Notes under the pieces: generated by a model
What the model was told of the DNA's origin: nothing
The model's input: only the letters and a program-made list of their open reading frames with translations
The model's database searches: none
Virus record (IMG/VR): IMGVR_UViG_3300043394_000478
Span: 1 to 45,531 of that record
Origin: a virus
Taxonomy: Duplodnaviria > Caudoviricetes
Length of the DNA: 45,531 nucleotides
Strand: one strand, 5' to 3'
Shown: positions 8,321 to 17,856 of the stretch, piece after piece
Layout: each line of letters starts with the position of its first letter
Numbering within the stretch: the stretch's first letter is position 1
Program-made: the position numbers and the translations under genes

Positions 8321-9411
8321 GGCGCCTCCGGAGGTGACACCGCGCCGAAAAATGCTGTGGTCAATGCGGCGTCGTTGCCGACCTGCACGTCGCCCGTGGG
8401 CATGGTCCACGGCGTCCCTGTCGTCGTTCCGTTGCCGGTCGTAGCGCCAGAGACGAGCACGGTGCCGGCTGCTGCGTTGAGCGTGAGTGTGATCGCTTGG
8501 TCAGCGGACCACGTGAGCGCTCCAGTTGTCACTACGTCAACGCCACTGGCGCGCACCACGATTTGATTGCTCGCGTTGATCACGATGCAGTTGTCGAGCC
8601 CGGAACCGAACGAGTAGAGCGTCTCGGTCGTCGTGTCGCTGACCTGCGTCGACGCGCGCGCCGGGGCTATCGTCGTACGCCACGATCCCGAGCGCATAGC
8701 AGCCGGCACGTCAGCGGACGGGATGACGGCATCATCAGGAAGCCGCGTCCCAGCAGCGCCCGCAGTCTCGATCATCTGCGATGCAAAACCGCCGTCCTCC
8801 GCTTGCCATCCCCACGCGCGGAACACGTTGTTGTTCGCGACGTCATTTTCCTGTAACCGCATCTGCAGCGCGCCGCCGGGGCTCGCGGGATTGATGTTCT
8901 GAAAACGACGCCACGCCGCGAGCGCGTCTAGTAATACAGCGGTAGACCCCGATCCAGCGGTTGACGCCTGCGACAGGGATAGCGTGTCCGCGCCAGCTGC
9001 GTATTGCACGAAAACGGACGCAGCGATACGCCCCGCGAGCATGTTTGTGCTGGTGTTCGCTCCCGTACGCCCGGCTGCCGCCGTGATCGTGAATTCATCG
9101 GCGCTCGTCGGGTCACCTGCGGGGCTCGCCGCAGCGTCCACGACTGCTGTCGCACCGCTCAGCGCGGGGGCACTATACGTGCTCGAATCGTGGATCTTGT
9201 TCGTCCGCGACCCCTCGACGTACAGCGCTCCACCGACGAGCACGCGAGGCGCGTCAATCGCGTAGCGCGTGACCGTGGTGCCGTCCCAGTGCGTGGCTGC
9301 AGAAGCGCGCGTGAAGTCCAGATCCGTCGACCAGTTGAGCGGCAACGTGGGGCCCACTGGACCTTCCGGCGCCATCGCGGCGTTCATGATCGCGCGGGTC
9401 AGCGCGTTCAT
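8317..9411 (-). CDS. Head-spike/fibre-like protein with probable C-terminal lectin (LamG-like) domain
   Basis: FTRASAAT...APR...LYVEGSRTN and WGWQAEDG motifs typical of phage spike-fibre domains; ATGA coupling at 9411. Confidence 0.7.
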   Translation of the reverse strand: MNALTRAIMNAAMAPEGPVGPTLPLNWSTDLDFTRASAATHWDGTTVTRYAIDAPRVLVGGALYVEGSRTNKIHDSSTYSAPALSGATAVVDAAASPAGDPTSADEFTITAAAGRTGANTSTNMLAGRIAASVFVQYAAGADTLSLSQASTAGSGSTAVLLDALAAWRRFQNINPASPGGALQMRLQENDVANNNVFRAWGWQAEDGGFASQMIETAGAAGTRLPDDAVIPSADVPAAMRSGSWRTTIAPARASTQVSDTTTETLYSFGSGLDNCIVINASNQIVVRASGVDVVTTGALTWSADQAITLTLNAAAGTVLVSGATTGNGTTTGTPWTMPTGDVQVGNDAALTTAFFGAVSPPEAP

Positions 9412-10649
9412 GCGGGGCTCGCGCAGAAGACGGACGCCGTTGTCGCGGAGTCGAGCACGACTGTCAGGTAGTCGCCCGCAGTGTACGGCGTGACGCCGGG
9501 GTTCTTTCCGTAGTAGCTCAGAACAACTCCGCCCGAGCCTACGAACGTGAGCGCGCCGCCGGCGACTGATGCGACTTTGATCTGGCAAACGAACGCACGG
9601 TCCGCGCCGCCCGACCCGAATACCGAAGAAGGGACCGTGTAAACGAGGGCGCCGCTCGCGCCGTCGCTGACGATGATGTCGCCAGCGTCCGAGGCGTTCA
9701 ACATCCTCGACGCTGTAGTAGCTGCCTGGACGTTCGGGTAAAGCCCATTGTCAGCGACGAACCGCGCCGTGGTTACTGCGCTAGTCACCAGGCTGACCGA
9801 CGTGTTGATATTACCGAATGCAACCGACGTGCCGTAAAAGTCCGCACGTGTGGGAGACATGATCGTCAGCCGGTTTAGCCCGTTTGTAGATGGCACTGAA
9901 TACAGTGTCCCAACTTCGGCATTTAACCCACCCGTCAGCTCCAACGTTATACCGGCGTCGCCATCGACGACTTCAATCCAGCACGAAAAAGCGCGGTCGG
10001 TTGTCGCGTCATACAGGCTGGCGTCCGCGAGGATCTCCACGGGGTCAACAAACGCGTCAACGCGGATGATGATGTTTGCGTGTGTCGGAAGGATCGTAAA
10101 AGGCGAGGCTGTGTGATCGATGTTCAGAACACGAGCCGCCGCGATATTTAACAGTGCCTCGTAGGTGACAAACTCGCTCGCGAAGTAAGCGCGCGTAGCA
10201 CTGCTGACGACAAGCCTACCGAAAAGCGGTACATAGAGGAACAACGCGGGGATCCCAGTCTCTGCGCCAGTGCTCGTAAGCGTCAGCCCGCCCGCGCCCG
10301 TGATAGAGAGACTGCTACCTGCCACGTGCTCGATATCGACGACGAAAGCCGCGCCGCTTGTCGCGTCGTATAAGCTAGCATTTGCGACGATCTCAACGGG
10401 CCCGGCGCTAGTGTCAACGCGGATGACGTGCCCCGCGTGGCTTGATAGCAGGGTGAACGGCGACGATGTGTCAGTGATGTTGATGACGGGAGGGTTGCTC
10501 GCTGCGTTCGCCTGCGCCCGGTTCTCCGACATCCGAGATTTGATCCGGTTCAAGTCCTGAGCCGAAACCACGTCCGTCACGACCGCCGGGTTACCCCCCG
10601 AGGTTTTGTCTACGTAGGTGTTGAACGCATCGATGGGGGGTAACGGCAT
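9408..10649 (-). CDS. Fibre/receptor-binding protein with three tandem related domains
   Basis: SPFTLLSSHAGHVIRVD...SLYDAT and SPFTILPTHANIIIRVD...SLYDAT, plus a more diverged third copy (DRAFVCQI). Confidence 0.65.
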   Translation of the reverse strand: MPLPPIDAFNTYVDKTSGGNPAVVTDVVSAQDLNRIKSRMSENRAQANAASNPPVINITDTSSPFTLLSSHAGHVIRVDTSAGPVEIVANASLYDATSGAAFVVDIEHVAGSSLSITGAGGLTLTSTGAETGIPALFLYVPLFGRLVVSSATRAYFASEFVTYEALLNIAAARVLNIDHTASPFTILPTHANIIIRVDAFVDPVEILADASLYDATTDRAFSCWIEVVDGDAGITLELTGGLNAEVGTLYSVPSTNGLNRLTIMSPTRADFYGTSVAFGNINTSVSLVTSAVTTARFVADNGLYPNVQAATTASRMLNASDAGDIIVSDGASGALVYTVPSSVFGSGGADRAFVCQIKVASVAGGALTFVGSGGVVLSYYGKNPGVTPYTAGDYLTVVLDSATTASVFCASPA

Positions 10650-10664
10650 GGGGTGGGGTCGTTT

Positions 10665-11453
10665 CTAAGTCGTCAGGGTGTAGTGGCCTGTAATGAAAAC
10701 ACGCGCGGTCAACGTATTGATCGACCGGACCGTAAACTCTAACTCCTCGTGACCAACGCGCGCTTCTGCCCAGTGTGCATCCAAAATTGAACCGTCGGAA
10801 TCGAATTGACCGGGATAGTCAACACTCACGGCCGCTATTAGTTGATTATCAGCTGTAAAATCAGTGATGCGAGCAACGGGAAGCGAGAAGTTGAACTGCT
10901 GGAAAGCGTTAGTCCATCCAAGTTTGCTAAGACTGAAAGACATGCTGAAAGAAACAAAATCCCCAACACGTGTGTATATACCAATCCCGTTTCCAATATC
11001 GATGATGTCCGCGTTCGGGCCGCTCACGGAGTTAACAACGGGGGTGTAAACACCCGCTGCTGTAACCGCTATATCCACGCCTCGCAGACGTAACTCCCCA
11101 GGCAGAGTCACACGCCGCGACGTGTTATCCGCGGTCAGAATCGCGCCGGCCGTCCCACCGATCACTAGGTCTTGCGTACCGACGTTGATGTGCGTCGCTG
11201 CGCCGATCGCTTCGGAGCGATCCCAAGCGCGCTGCAGCGTCGCGTTCCCCACGAGTGTCTCGAGCGCTTGTCCCGACGTGACCACCGAGTTGAAAAGCCA
11301 ATTGATCCACTGCGCGGGTGGGCGATCCGTAGGCCGGAACCCATCAGCTTGCACACCCGCAGCCGGAGCGACCTTCGTCGTCGTACCGGACCACGTTGCC
11401 GCGCCGGCAGGGTAGTTGACATCGGTCGCCCAGTTGAAATCTGCAAACGCCAT
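10665..11453 (-). CDS. Baseplate-anchored tail fibre
   Basis: GFRPTDRPPAQWINWLFN anchor motif typical of myovirus fibres following wedge genes. Confidence 0.75.
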   Translation of the reverse strand: MAFADFNWATDVNYPAGAATWSGTTTKVAPAAGVQADGFRPTDRPPAQWINWLFNSVVTSGQALETLVGNATLQRAWDRSEAIGAATHINVGTQDLVIGGTAGAILTADNTSRRVTLPGELRLRGVDIAVTAAGVYTPVVNSVSGPNADIIDIGNGIGIYTRVGDFVSFSMSFSLSKLGWTNAFQQFNFSLPVARITDFTADNQLIAAVSVDYPGQFDSDGSILDAHWAEARVGHEELEFTVRSINTLTARVFITGHYTLTT

Positions 11454-11457
11454 GAGT

Positions 11458-12057
11458 CTAGACTACCACGCCTTGGAGCTGCCCGCCCGTGACCTCGGTC
11501 GTACTACCAAACCCCAAAGACGCGCTTGCGGCAGGTGATGCCGTCGCTGACAACGTGAACAGGGTGCCCGGCACGGGATAGAGCAGCTGCAAATTGACCC
11601 CGCCCACCCGCGCGCGCTGTAGACGGCCGACCAGCGCCGCGGGGGACAGCGAAAGGGTCCCCCCGTAGCGCACCGTGATCGCGTTCGGGGCGTGCTCTCG
11701 GATCTCGATAGGGCCTGCGGCTGGCTCGAACTCCAGCGCGATGGCGAGCAGCTCCGCGAGCTTGCCGGAACTCCGATTTATCAGCACCCGCGCCCGTAAC
11801 GCTCGTCTGTATGTCACGTCTTCAAACCCTCCCCTAGGCTCGCGCACGATGCGCCCTAGCACGTCGAGCTGAGCGCCCGTCGCCGTGTCTAGCCATCGGT
11901 CGTAGTGCACGGCAAGCGCTGCGGCCTCGATCTCATCGAGCGGGGACACAAGGGAGCAAAGCAGCGCGCGGAGCGCCTCAGCCCCCGAAAACTGACCAAG
12001 CAATCGAGCCAGCGCCAAGTCGCACGCGGGGTCGAGCGCTTCGATCTCGCCGGACAT
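11458..12057 (-). CDS. Baseplate wedge protein (DUF2612-like)
   Basis: LDTATGAQLDVLGRIV motif; follows baseplate J. Confidence 0.8.
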   Translation of the reverse strand: MSGEIEALDPACDLALARLLGQFSGAEALRALLCSLVSPLDEIEAAALAVHYDRWLDTATGAQLDVLGRIVREPRGGFEDVTYRRALRARVLINRSSGKLAELLAIALEFEPAAGPIEIREHAPNAITVRYGGTLSLSPAALVGRLQRARVGGVNLQLLYPVPGTLFTLSATASPAASASLGFGSTTEVTGGQLQGVVV

Positions 12058-13256
12058 CAGAACACCTCAGAGATCAGAATCAAGCCGACTGGGATCGTGA
12101 AGTATTCGCGGATCGTAGCTGCTAGGTCACCCTGGGCCTCAACGCCCCCAGCGCGCGCGTGGTACATCGACAGGACCGACAGCACTCCCGCCGCGCGCGC
12201 CGGGGAGTCCGTGCGCGCGATTGAAGCGAGGAACTCAGCCCACTGAAGCGGCTCGCCGTTTACGAGCGTTTGCTCGTGCGCCGCGATCATCGTCTTGATC
12301 GCGTTTTCGTTGTACACCGTGGGGTCCACGCGGAGGTTCCACGTCGATTGTGTCGGCACCGCGACCGGGCGCGAGAAGCCAATCGCGTGCTCGAAACCCT
12401 GGGAGTCGAGAACCGTAACAGACGACGTACCCGACGCCGCGATCCCGCCCGCCTTCGCGTTCTGAATAATCGTCGCCAGCGCGAGGTCATCCGCCGGTGT
12501 GGGGCTCGTCGGGCCGAGGACGACCGCCTCTACTGAGTACGGCGCGACCCCGCGCGAGTCCGTGACGCCCGTCACGTTCTCGTAGACCGACACAAGATCC
12601 GCCCCGATATCCGCCGATAGAATCGCGGAGCGGATCGCGTCCGTGGTAGTCGAGCCTGCGCCGCCCCGCGCTTCGATCTCCCGCCGCGCGCGGAGTTCAT
12701 CGTCTCGCTCGATAGCCCGGCCGTCCGTCACGGCGGTCGGCGCGGACACGACGGTAAACCCCGCGACCGGCGCCGCGATCTCGTACAACGTCGAGGTCGT
12801 GTATGCCGTGGCACCCGGAGTGGTAGCCTCGAACGCGACCCCCGTCACGACACCGCCGGGGGAGACCACCGCCGCGAGATTCGCTGCGTCCGCCGTGGTT
12901 CCGACTGGGCGAATGACAAGCGTACCGATCGGGTACGTCCCCGCCGCCAGCGTGACCGAGTGCACGGTCCGCGCGGGGCTTGCGGGCCGTCGTCGGGTGC
13001 CCGTGATTCCCGCGACCGAATCTTGCACCGCGCCGCCGTTCTGATCCGGGTCGAGGCCCGAATAGAGCGCCGCGAGGGCCTCCTCTAGCACGCGGAGACG
13101 TTCGGCTACGATGCCGTTGATCTGGCCAAGTACGCTCGCGTCCGACTGATCAACGTTCGGTCCGATAGCGGGTGCCGCACGTTGCGCTGCGTCGATCTCG
13201 GCGCGGATCTCGAGAAGGGTCCGCGTGGTGAATCCGGTCGGCGTGAGTTCAGCCAT
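12057..13256 (-). CDS. Baseplate J-like wedge protein
   Basis: LTPTGF N-terminus, GRAIERDDELRARR, VYENVT, YSVEAVVLG. Confidence 0.85.
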   Translation of the reverse strand: MAELTPTGFTTRTLLEIRAEIDAAQRAAPAIGPNVDQSDASVLGQINGIVAERLRVLEEALAALYSGLDPDQNGGAVQDSVAGITGTRRRPASPARTVHSVTLAAGTYPIGTLVIRPVGTTADAANLAAVVSPGGVVTGVAFEATTPGATAYTTSTLYEIAAPVAGFTVVSAPTAVTDGRAIERDDELRARREIEARGGAGSTTTDAIRSAILSADIGADLVSVYENVTGVTDSRGVAPYSVEAVVLGPTSPTPADDLALATIIQNAKAGGIAASGTSSVTVLDSQGFEHAIGFSRPVAVPTQSTWNLRVDPTVYNENAIKTMIAAHEQTLVNGEPLQWAEFLASIARTDSPARAAGVLSVLSMYHARAGGVEAQGDLAATIREYFTIPVGLILISEVF

Positions 13257-13635
13257 TGATCAATCCTAGCACGAAGGGGCCGTAGTCGGCAGACGTCACG
13301 ACGCGGGCGCCGACGCGAATCTCCCAGTCCACCCGAAGCGCGCGGGTCTCGCGGTCGAGCATCAGGGACAGGACGGGCACCGCGTCGATCTCTGGGACGC
13401 TAGTCAGAATCCGCCTAAACAACGCCTCGAGCTGCGCAAAGTTGGCCGGCTTGACGAACACGTCTTGCACGTACGGCACGCCTTGCGTCGTGTCCAGAAA
13501 CCACTCCCCGCGCCAGAACTGTAGTTTGATCCGCGCGCCCTGGACGGCCGCCTCGACCGGGTCTTGTGTCATCCGTAGCAGCCCTGCGGGGAAGGTGACA
13601 TCCCACGTGGTGGGGTCGAGGTAGATCGTAGACAT
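13249..13635 (-). CDS. Baseplate/sheath initiator (gp25/W-like)
   Basis: LQFWRGEWFLDTTQGVPY motif; position before J. Confidence 0.8.
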   Translation of the reverse strand: MSTIYLDPTTWDVTFPAGLLRMTQDPVEAAVQGARIKLQFWRGEWFLDTTQGVPYVQDVFVKPANFAQLEALFRRILTSVPEIDAVPVLSLMLDRETRALRVDWEIRVGARVVTSADYGPFVLGLING

Positions 13636-14313
13636 TCAGCCCCCCACTTTCAGCCGCGTGGAGGCCGTAGAACCCCGAGGGTTCGCGGGGGTGCCGTACG
13701 CCGCTGGGAAGTTCGCGCCCCCCGAGCCCGGGACGAAAGTCGAGAACGCCGTAGCTATTTTGACCAGCTCAGCTTGGATCAGGGAATCCAGCACCGCCGA
13801 ATCGGTCGCACCGCCGACCTCGACCGCGGCCGCCTTGATCGTGACGTTCGCCAGGCCGTTGACGCGCCCGAGAACCATGTCCGTAGAGCTCACCCCGGGG
13901 AGCGCCGCCGACCGCGGCCCGATGGCGCACGGGATGGCCACAGCACCTCCGAGACCGTGCATGGTCGGTACTCCGGGGTCGGACACCGCCCCCGTGGCGC
14001 GGAAGTGGTTCGTGTCGCGCTCGCAGAACACGATCAACACCGGGTCCCCGACCGCGAGCGGGAACGTGACGAAGCAGTTGCCACCGGTAGGGAACAGAAC
14101 AGGCACGGACGGCAGGACGGGAAGTGTCTCGAGGTCGATCGCGTCCTCCTCGCCGCCCGTGGGGACCCCGCGCTTGATCATGGGTTCGACGTCCGCCGTC
14201 TGCGTGCTCACATCGTACGACCGCACGCGCCCAGGGAGTGCGGTGTGCAGGTCGGTCAAGCGTGAGTCGAGCACGCGGCGCAACGTTTCGGCGGGGGTAA
14301 TGCGATCGGTCAT
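13636..14313 (-). CDS. Baseplate central spike (Gp138-like N-terminal OB fold)
   Basis: HTALPGRVRSYD, VPVLFP, FPLAVGDPVLIVFCERD; TGATG coupling at 14313. Confidence 0.8.
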   Translation of the reverse strand: MTDRITPAETLRRVLDSRLTDLHTALPGRVRSYDVSTQTADVEPMIKRGVPTGGEEDAIDLETLPVLPSVPVLFPTGGNCFVTFPLAVGDPVLIVFCERDTNHFRATGAVSDPGVPTMHGLGGAVAIPCAIGPRSAALPGVSSTDMVLGRVNGLANVTIKAAAVEVGGATDSAVLDSLIQAELVKIATAFSTFVPGSGGANFPAAYGTPANPRGSTASTRLKVGG

Positions 14314-15134
14314 CAGTACGCCTCGAGCTCTAGCGTAGCATACCACTCCGCGCCGAAGGTCGAGCCGGAATACTCGACCGACCGGATCGCGTAGCCCCCT
14401 TGAAACTGGCGGGATTCTAGGACCACGCGCCGGCCGGGGTCTAGCCCTGGCTGGATCAAGCACACCGCTGTCACGACACCCTTGGGGTCCGCCGTCGGAG
14501 CGCCCACGAGCCCTGTGTCTGGAGAGAGTAGCGTCGCCCGATTCTGTATCGGCTGCCCGCGCTGGCGGATCGCAAGCACGCCGTTTTGGATGCTCCAACG
14601 GAGCCCCGCGCCGCGCACGATAGCATCCACGACATCCCGCGCGGGCCCCGCCGCCGCGTAGCCTTCGGCGAACGACGTAGCGCCGTTCGTGAGCGCTAAA
14701 CCCCGTGCGAAGTCCGCGAGATTCCCGTCGCCGATTCCCAGCGCCCGGACGGCCGCGCGGAGGACCTCGTCGACGGTCGCTCCCGCCGCGAAAGATCGAA
14801 CGAGCCGCGCGCGTTGGTATGCGTCGCCCTGATCCTTCGCCTCGACCTTCGTGACGACGTCGACCCCGTCCGCTTCCGTGACGACACCTGCGCGCGTTGC
14901 ATCACCGACGAACAGAACGGGGGGGTCCTCGCCGTACCCCGCGCGGAGCTCGACGCGGGGCGGCGTGCGGCCTTCGATGCGCTGGCGCGTGTCCGTGCTC
15001 AGCCCGTAGATCGCGATCGTCGCGCGGTTGGGTTCCCGTTTGCGTGATTTGAACACGGTGAACGTGCAATCAAGATCGGACACGTCGATCGGCCCGACGC
15101 GGATAGCCCACGACCGCTCAAAAAGCTGCGTCAC
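14313..15134 (-). CDS. Baseplate hub protein
   Basis: PNRATIAIYGL, LRAGY, WSIQNG, TGLVGAP motifs; GTGA coupling. Confidence 0.8.
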   Translation of the reverse strand: MTQLFERSWAIRVGPIDVSDLDCTFTVFKSRKREPNRATIAIYGLSTDTRQRIEGRTPPRVELRAGYGEDPPVLFVGDATRAGVVTEADGVDVVTKVEAKDQGDAYQRARLVRSFAAGATVDEVLRAAVRALGIGDGNLADFARGLALTNGATSFAEGYAAAGPARDVVDAIVRGAGLRWSIQNGVLAIRQRGQPIQNRATLLSPDTGLVGAPTADPKGVVTAVCLIQPGLDPGRRVVLESRQFQGGYAIRSVEYSGSTFGAEWYATLELEAY

Positions 15135-15448
15135 GCCACCGCCGGGAAGTAGGCCAGGAAACACCGCCCACGGGGAGCGAAGTCGGTCAGCCCTGGGGGT
15201 CCGCCGTCCTGCGAGATCACCATCAGATACCCAGGGAAGGCCCGGGCATCCCGCACCCGCGCCGCGATCGGCCAGTTCGCTGCTAGCATGCACCCCGTCC
15301 GAATCGGCGCTCGGCCTTCCGTGTAGATCCCGAGCGTCCACCGCTCGACGCGCTGGACCCAGTCGAAGCGCAGCAAGTACGCGCGGCCGTCAAGCTCGGT
15401 CACTTGTTCGTAGTGCGCTTCGGTGGTGCTAGTCGGAATGACGATCAT
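15131..15448 (-). CDS. Small baseplate (plug-like) protein
   Basis: YEQVTELDGRAYLLRFDW...W pattern; conserved position before hub. Confidence 0.7.
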   Translation of the reverse strand: MIVIPTSTTEAHYEQVTELDGRAYLLRFDWVQRVERWTLGIYTEGRAPIRTGCMLAANWPIAARVRDARAFPGYLMVISQDGGPPGLTDFAPRGRCFLAYFPAVA

Positions 15449-16128
15449 CTAAACAACCCCTCCCACGCTTCGCGAGCCTGCTGCCCTAGTTCTGAGTCTG
15501 CGATACGTTGCGCCGCGCTTGAGTTCTGATCAGGCGCTGGATCGGTCTCGGCTTCCGCGCCCGTCTGCGATCCGTTGTCGCGAGTCCGACGCCCACGAGG
15601 TTGACGCGGCACGGGCGCTCCGACGTCCCGCGTCTCTGCGATCCGCACCTGAACCACGTCGACCGCGAACGCAATCGAGTCCCCGCCGTCCGGTGTACGG
15701 GGCGCGACCACGGAAACGATCTGCGCGTTTTCGTAGGTCCGAACGTCAGTCGTGATCGTCACGAGCTGCGTCGATTCGGTCAGATCCGTCAAGGCGTCGA
15801 GCATGTCTCGCACGCGATCGAACCGCTCCGAGAACGTGAGGACTGTTGCTTTTGCGGGTGATTCTTTGGGCTCCGCGGTGACGTCCGATGCTGTCGAGTT
15901 CTCACCGGTGAGCGGCACGTCGCCGATCGGTGTGTTGCTCACAAGGCCTTCGAGCCGGTACCGCCGTTGCCCCGGGCGCTTGTGGTCGCTCAGATCCGCG
16001 CCCCGCTCGACCGGGTGATCTGTTAGCGTGGCCGTGATCTCGTGCGTCTCCGACATCACGGCGTCTACCTCGAAGATGACGAACGTATCCCCGTCCTCGC
16101 CTGATCGCACGTAGCCAACCTGCATCAT
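15445..16128 (-). CDS. Tail tube initiator / Dit-like baseplate protein
   Basis: DAVMSETHE...TDHPVERGADLSDH motif; follows tape measure. Confidence 0.75.
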   Translation of the reverse strand: MMQVGYVRSGEDGDTFVIFEVDAVMSETHEITATLTDHPVERGADLSDHKRPGQRRYRLEGLVSNTPIGDVPLTGENSTASDVTAEPKESPAKATVLTFSERFDRVRDMLDALTDLTESTQLVTITTDVRTYENAQIVSVVAPRTPDGGDSIAFAVDVVQVRIAETRDVGAPVPRQPRGRRTRDNGSQTGAEAETDPAPDQNSSAAQRIADSELGQQAREAWEGLFR

Positions 16129-17627
16129 GCGGGCACCAACCCCTCGAGATCCTCAAGCGCGTCTCGATTCGCCGCCTCGATCTCGCGCCGCGCGGCGCGA
16201 GCCGCAGCCTCTGCCACGCCCCGCTCGTCGAGCCCTTGTCCGCTGACCGAGATGTTGACAGTCGGGGCCGAGTTCAGCACCGCACCGCCGCGACGAGCGG
16301 AACGGGGGGCCGCCGCCGCAGTCGGTCCGGCCGCTTGCTGGGCTCGGAGGATCTCAGCGACCCGCTCACGCACCGTGCGCGTCTCGCCGCTGGCAGCGTC
16401 GGCGGCCGCGCGGGCTCGCTGGCGCGCCGCAAGCGTTTGGTCATCCTTGCCCGCGTCCGGGGCGAACAGGTTAGCGAACGTGGTACCGGGATCCGCTACG
16501 TCACCGACCGCAACCGACGTCAACCCGAGCGCGTTCGTCAGACGAGGGAGCAAGCCGATCGCCACCGCGATCGCGCGGAGGAATTCCTTCCAACCGGCGA
16601 CGAGCTGCCCAACCACCGTTTGGTTTGTGATCAACGCGTCCGTGGCCGTGGTTAGGTCCTCAAGAAAGCCCTCGAACATACCCCCGAGAACACTGCGACC
16701 GCCCTGGAAGTGGGTCCACAGGTCGTCTATCACTAGGATCAACGCCGCCGCCGCGATGGCCACCCCGGCAAACACCAAGATCGCCTTCGCGAACGTCGCG
16801 AGAATTTTCACACCGGCCGCCGCGCCTGCAATACCCATCGCGGTGAGCGCGATCGTAAGAACGTTCGTACCATCGGTCATCTTGAAAAAGCTGGTGAGCA
16901 GTTTTGTCACGCCCTGCACCAAGCGGTCGATGATCGGCAGAACGAGCACGCCGATCCGCGAGCGCAGCGACAAGAGCGCGGTGTCCTGCTCTTGGTAGCT
17001 CTCTGAGAGACGCGCCGAGACCTCGATAAAGTCCTCCGACGCACCACCGCCGAGCGCCTCGAGCGCAGCCATGGCTGCTTCGATCCCTTCCGTCCCGTTC
17101 GCGAACAAGGGTGTGAGACGCCCGGCCGACTCACCGAGCACCTTCATCAGGAACGCGGACCGTTCCGCTGGCGTGGCCAGTTTGTTTAGGTTCGCCGCGA
17201 TGTCTGGAAGCAGCTCGGTCAACGGGCGGACGCGCCCCTCCGTGTCGGTCGCCGAAACGCCGATCTGCGCGAACACTTCACGCATCCCGCCGCCCTGCGC
17301 CGCGTCCGTGGCCGTGTTCGCCAAAGTCTTGAACGCATCATTGAGCTGGTCAGCACCGACACCCGCGCGCTGCGCCGCGATGCGGTACGCCTGCAGCTGA
17401 TCGGTGCTCACACCGACGACGTTCCCGGTATTCCTAAGCTCGGTACCGATCTCAGCGGAGCGCGCCGCGAACGCGCGCACGCCCTGAACTACCGCGCCGC
17501 CCGCTAGGACCTTGCCCAGCTCCTGAAGGCGCTCAACGGCGCCCTTCGTCGCCGCGTCGCCCTTCTTGAGCTCGGTCGAGTCGAACTTGACGCCGAACCG
17601 CGCGAAGATCTCACGAAGCGCGCTCAC
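16125..17627 (-). CDS. Tape measure protein (short, 500 aa)
   Basis: Ala/Gly-rich helical protein with hydrophobic middle, LVIDDLW...GGRSVLG; position after chaperones. Confidence 0.8.
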   Translation of the reverse strand: MSALREIFARFGVKFDSTELKKGDAATKGAVERLQELGKVLAGGAVVQGVRAFAARSAEIGTELRNTGNVVGVSTDQLQAYRIAAQRAGVGADQLNDAFKTLANTATDAAQGGGMREVFAQIGVSATDTEGRVRPLTELLPDIAANLNKLATPAERSAFLMKVLGESAGRLTPLFANGTEGIEAAMAALEALGGGASEDFIEVSARLSESYQEQDTALLSLRSRIGVLVLPIIDRLVQGVTKLLTSFFKMTDGTNVLTIALTAMGIAGAAAGVKILATFAKAILVFAGVAIAAAALILVIDDLWTHFQGGRSVLGGMFEGFLEDLTTATDALITNQTVVGQLVAGWKEFLRAIAVAIGLLPRLTNALGLTSVAVGDVADPGTTFANLFAPDAGKDDQTLAARQRARAAADAASGETRTVRERVAEILRAQQAAGPTAAAAPRSARRGGAVLNSAPTVNISVSGQGLDERGVAEAAARAARREIEAANRDALEDLEGLVPA

Positions 17628-17856
17628 TCAGCACCTCGAGATCCTCGAGAATGTCGATCGCCTGGTTCGCGTCCCACACGTCCGTAATGCTCCACTGCGT
17701 TTCGATCTCGTTCAACGATGCGGACATCCTGGGATGCGTGACGATGCGCCAAAGATCCCAAGGCAGATAGTCGGGTGGCGCGATGGTTTGTGTTACGTGT
17801 TGCTTGGAGCTCCGCGGAGGCCGGCGCCGAGGAGGGGCGCCGCTGCGTCGAAAAAA
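17611..17856 (-). CDS. Tail assembly chaperone frameshift extension (gpGT-like, -1 frame)
   Basis: -1 frame ORF SLNEIETQWSITDVWDANQAIDILE reached via T-TTT-TTC. Confidence 0.7.
   Translation of the reverse strand, partial: FFRRSGAPPRRRPPRSSKQHVTQTIAPPDYLPWDLWRIVTHPRMSASLNEIETQWSITDVWDANQAIDILEDLEVLSERAS

Noticed and set aside
9408-11453. Diversity-generating retroelement or invertible fibre switch
   Set aside because: No reverse transcriptase or invertase, and no adenine-specific repeat pair or flanking inverted repeats seen
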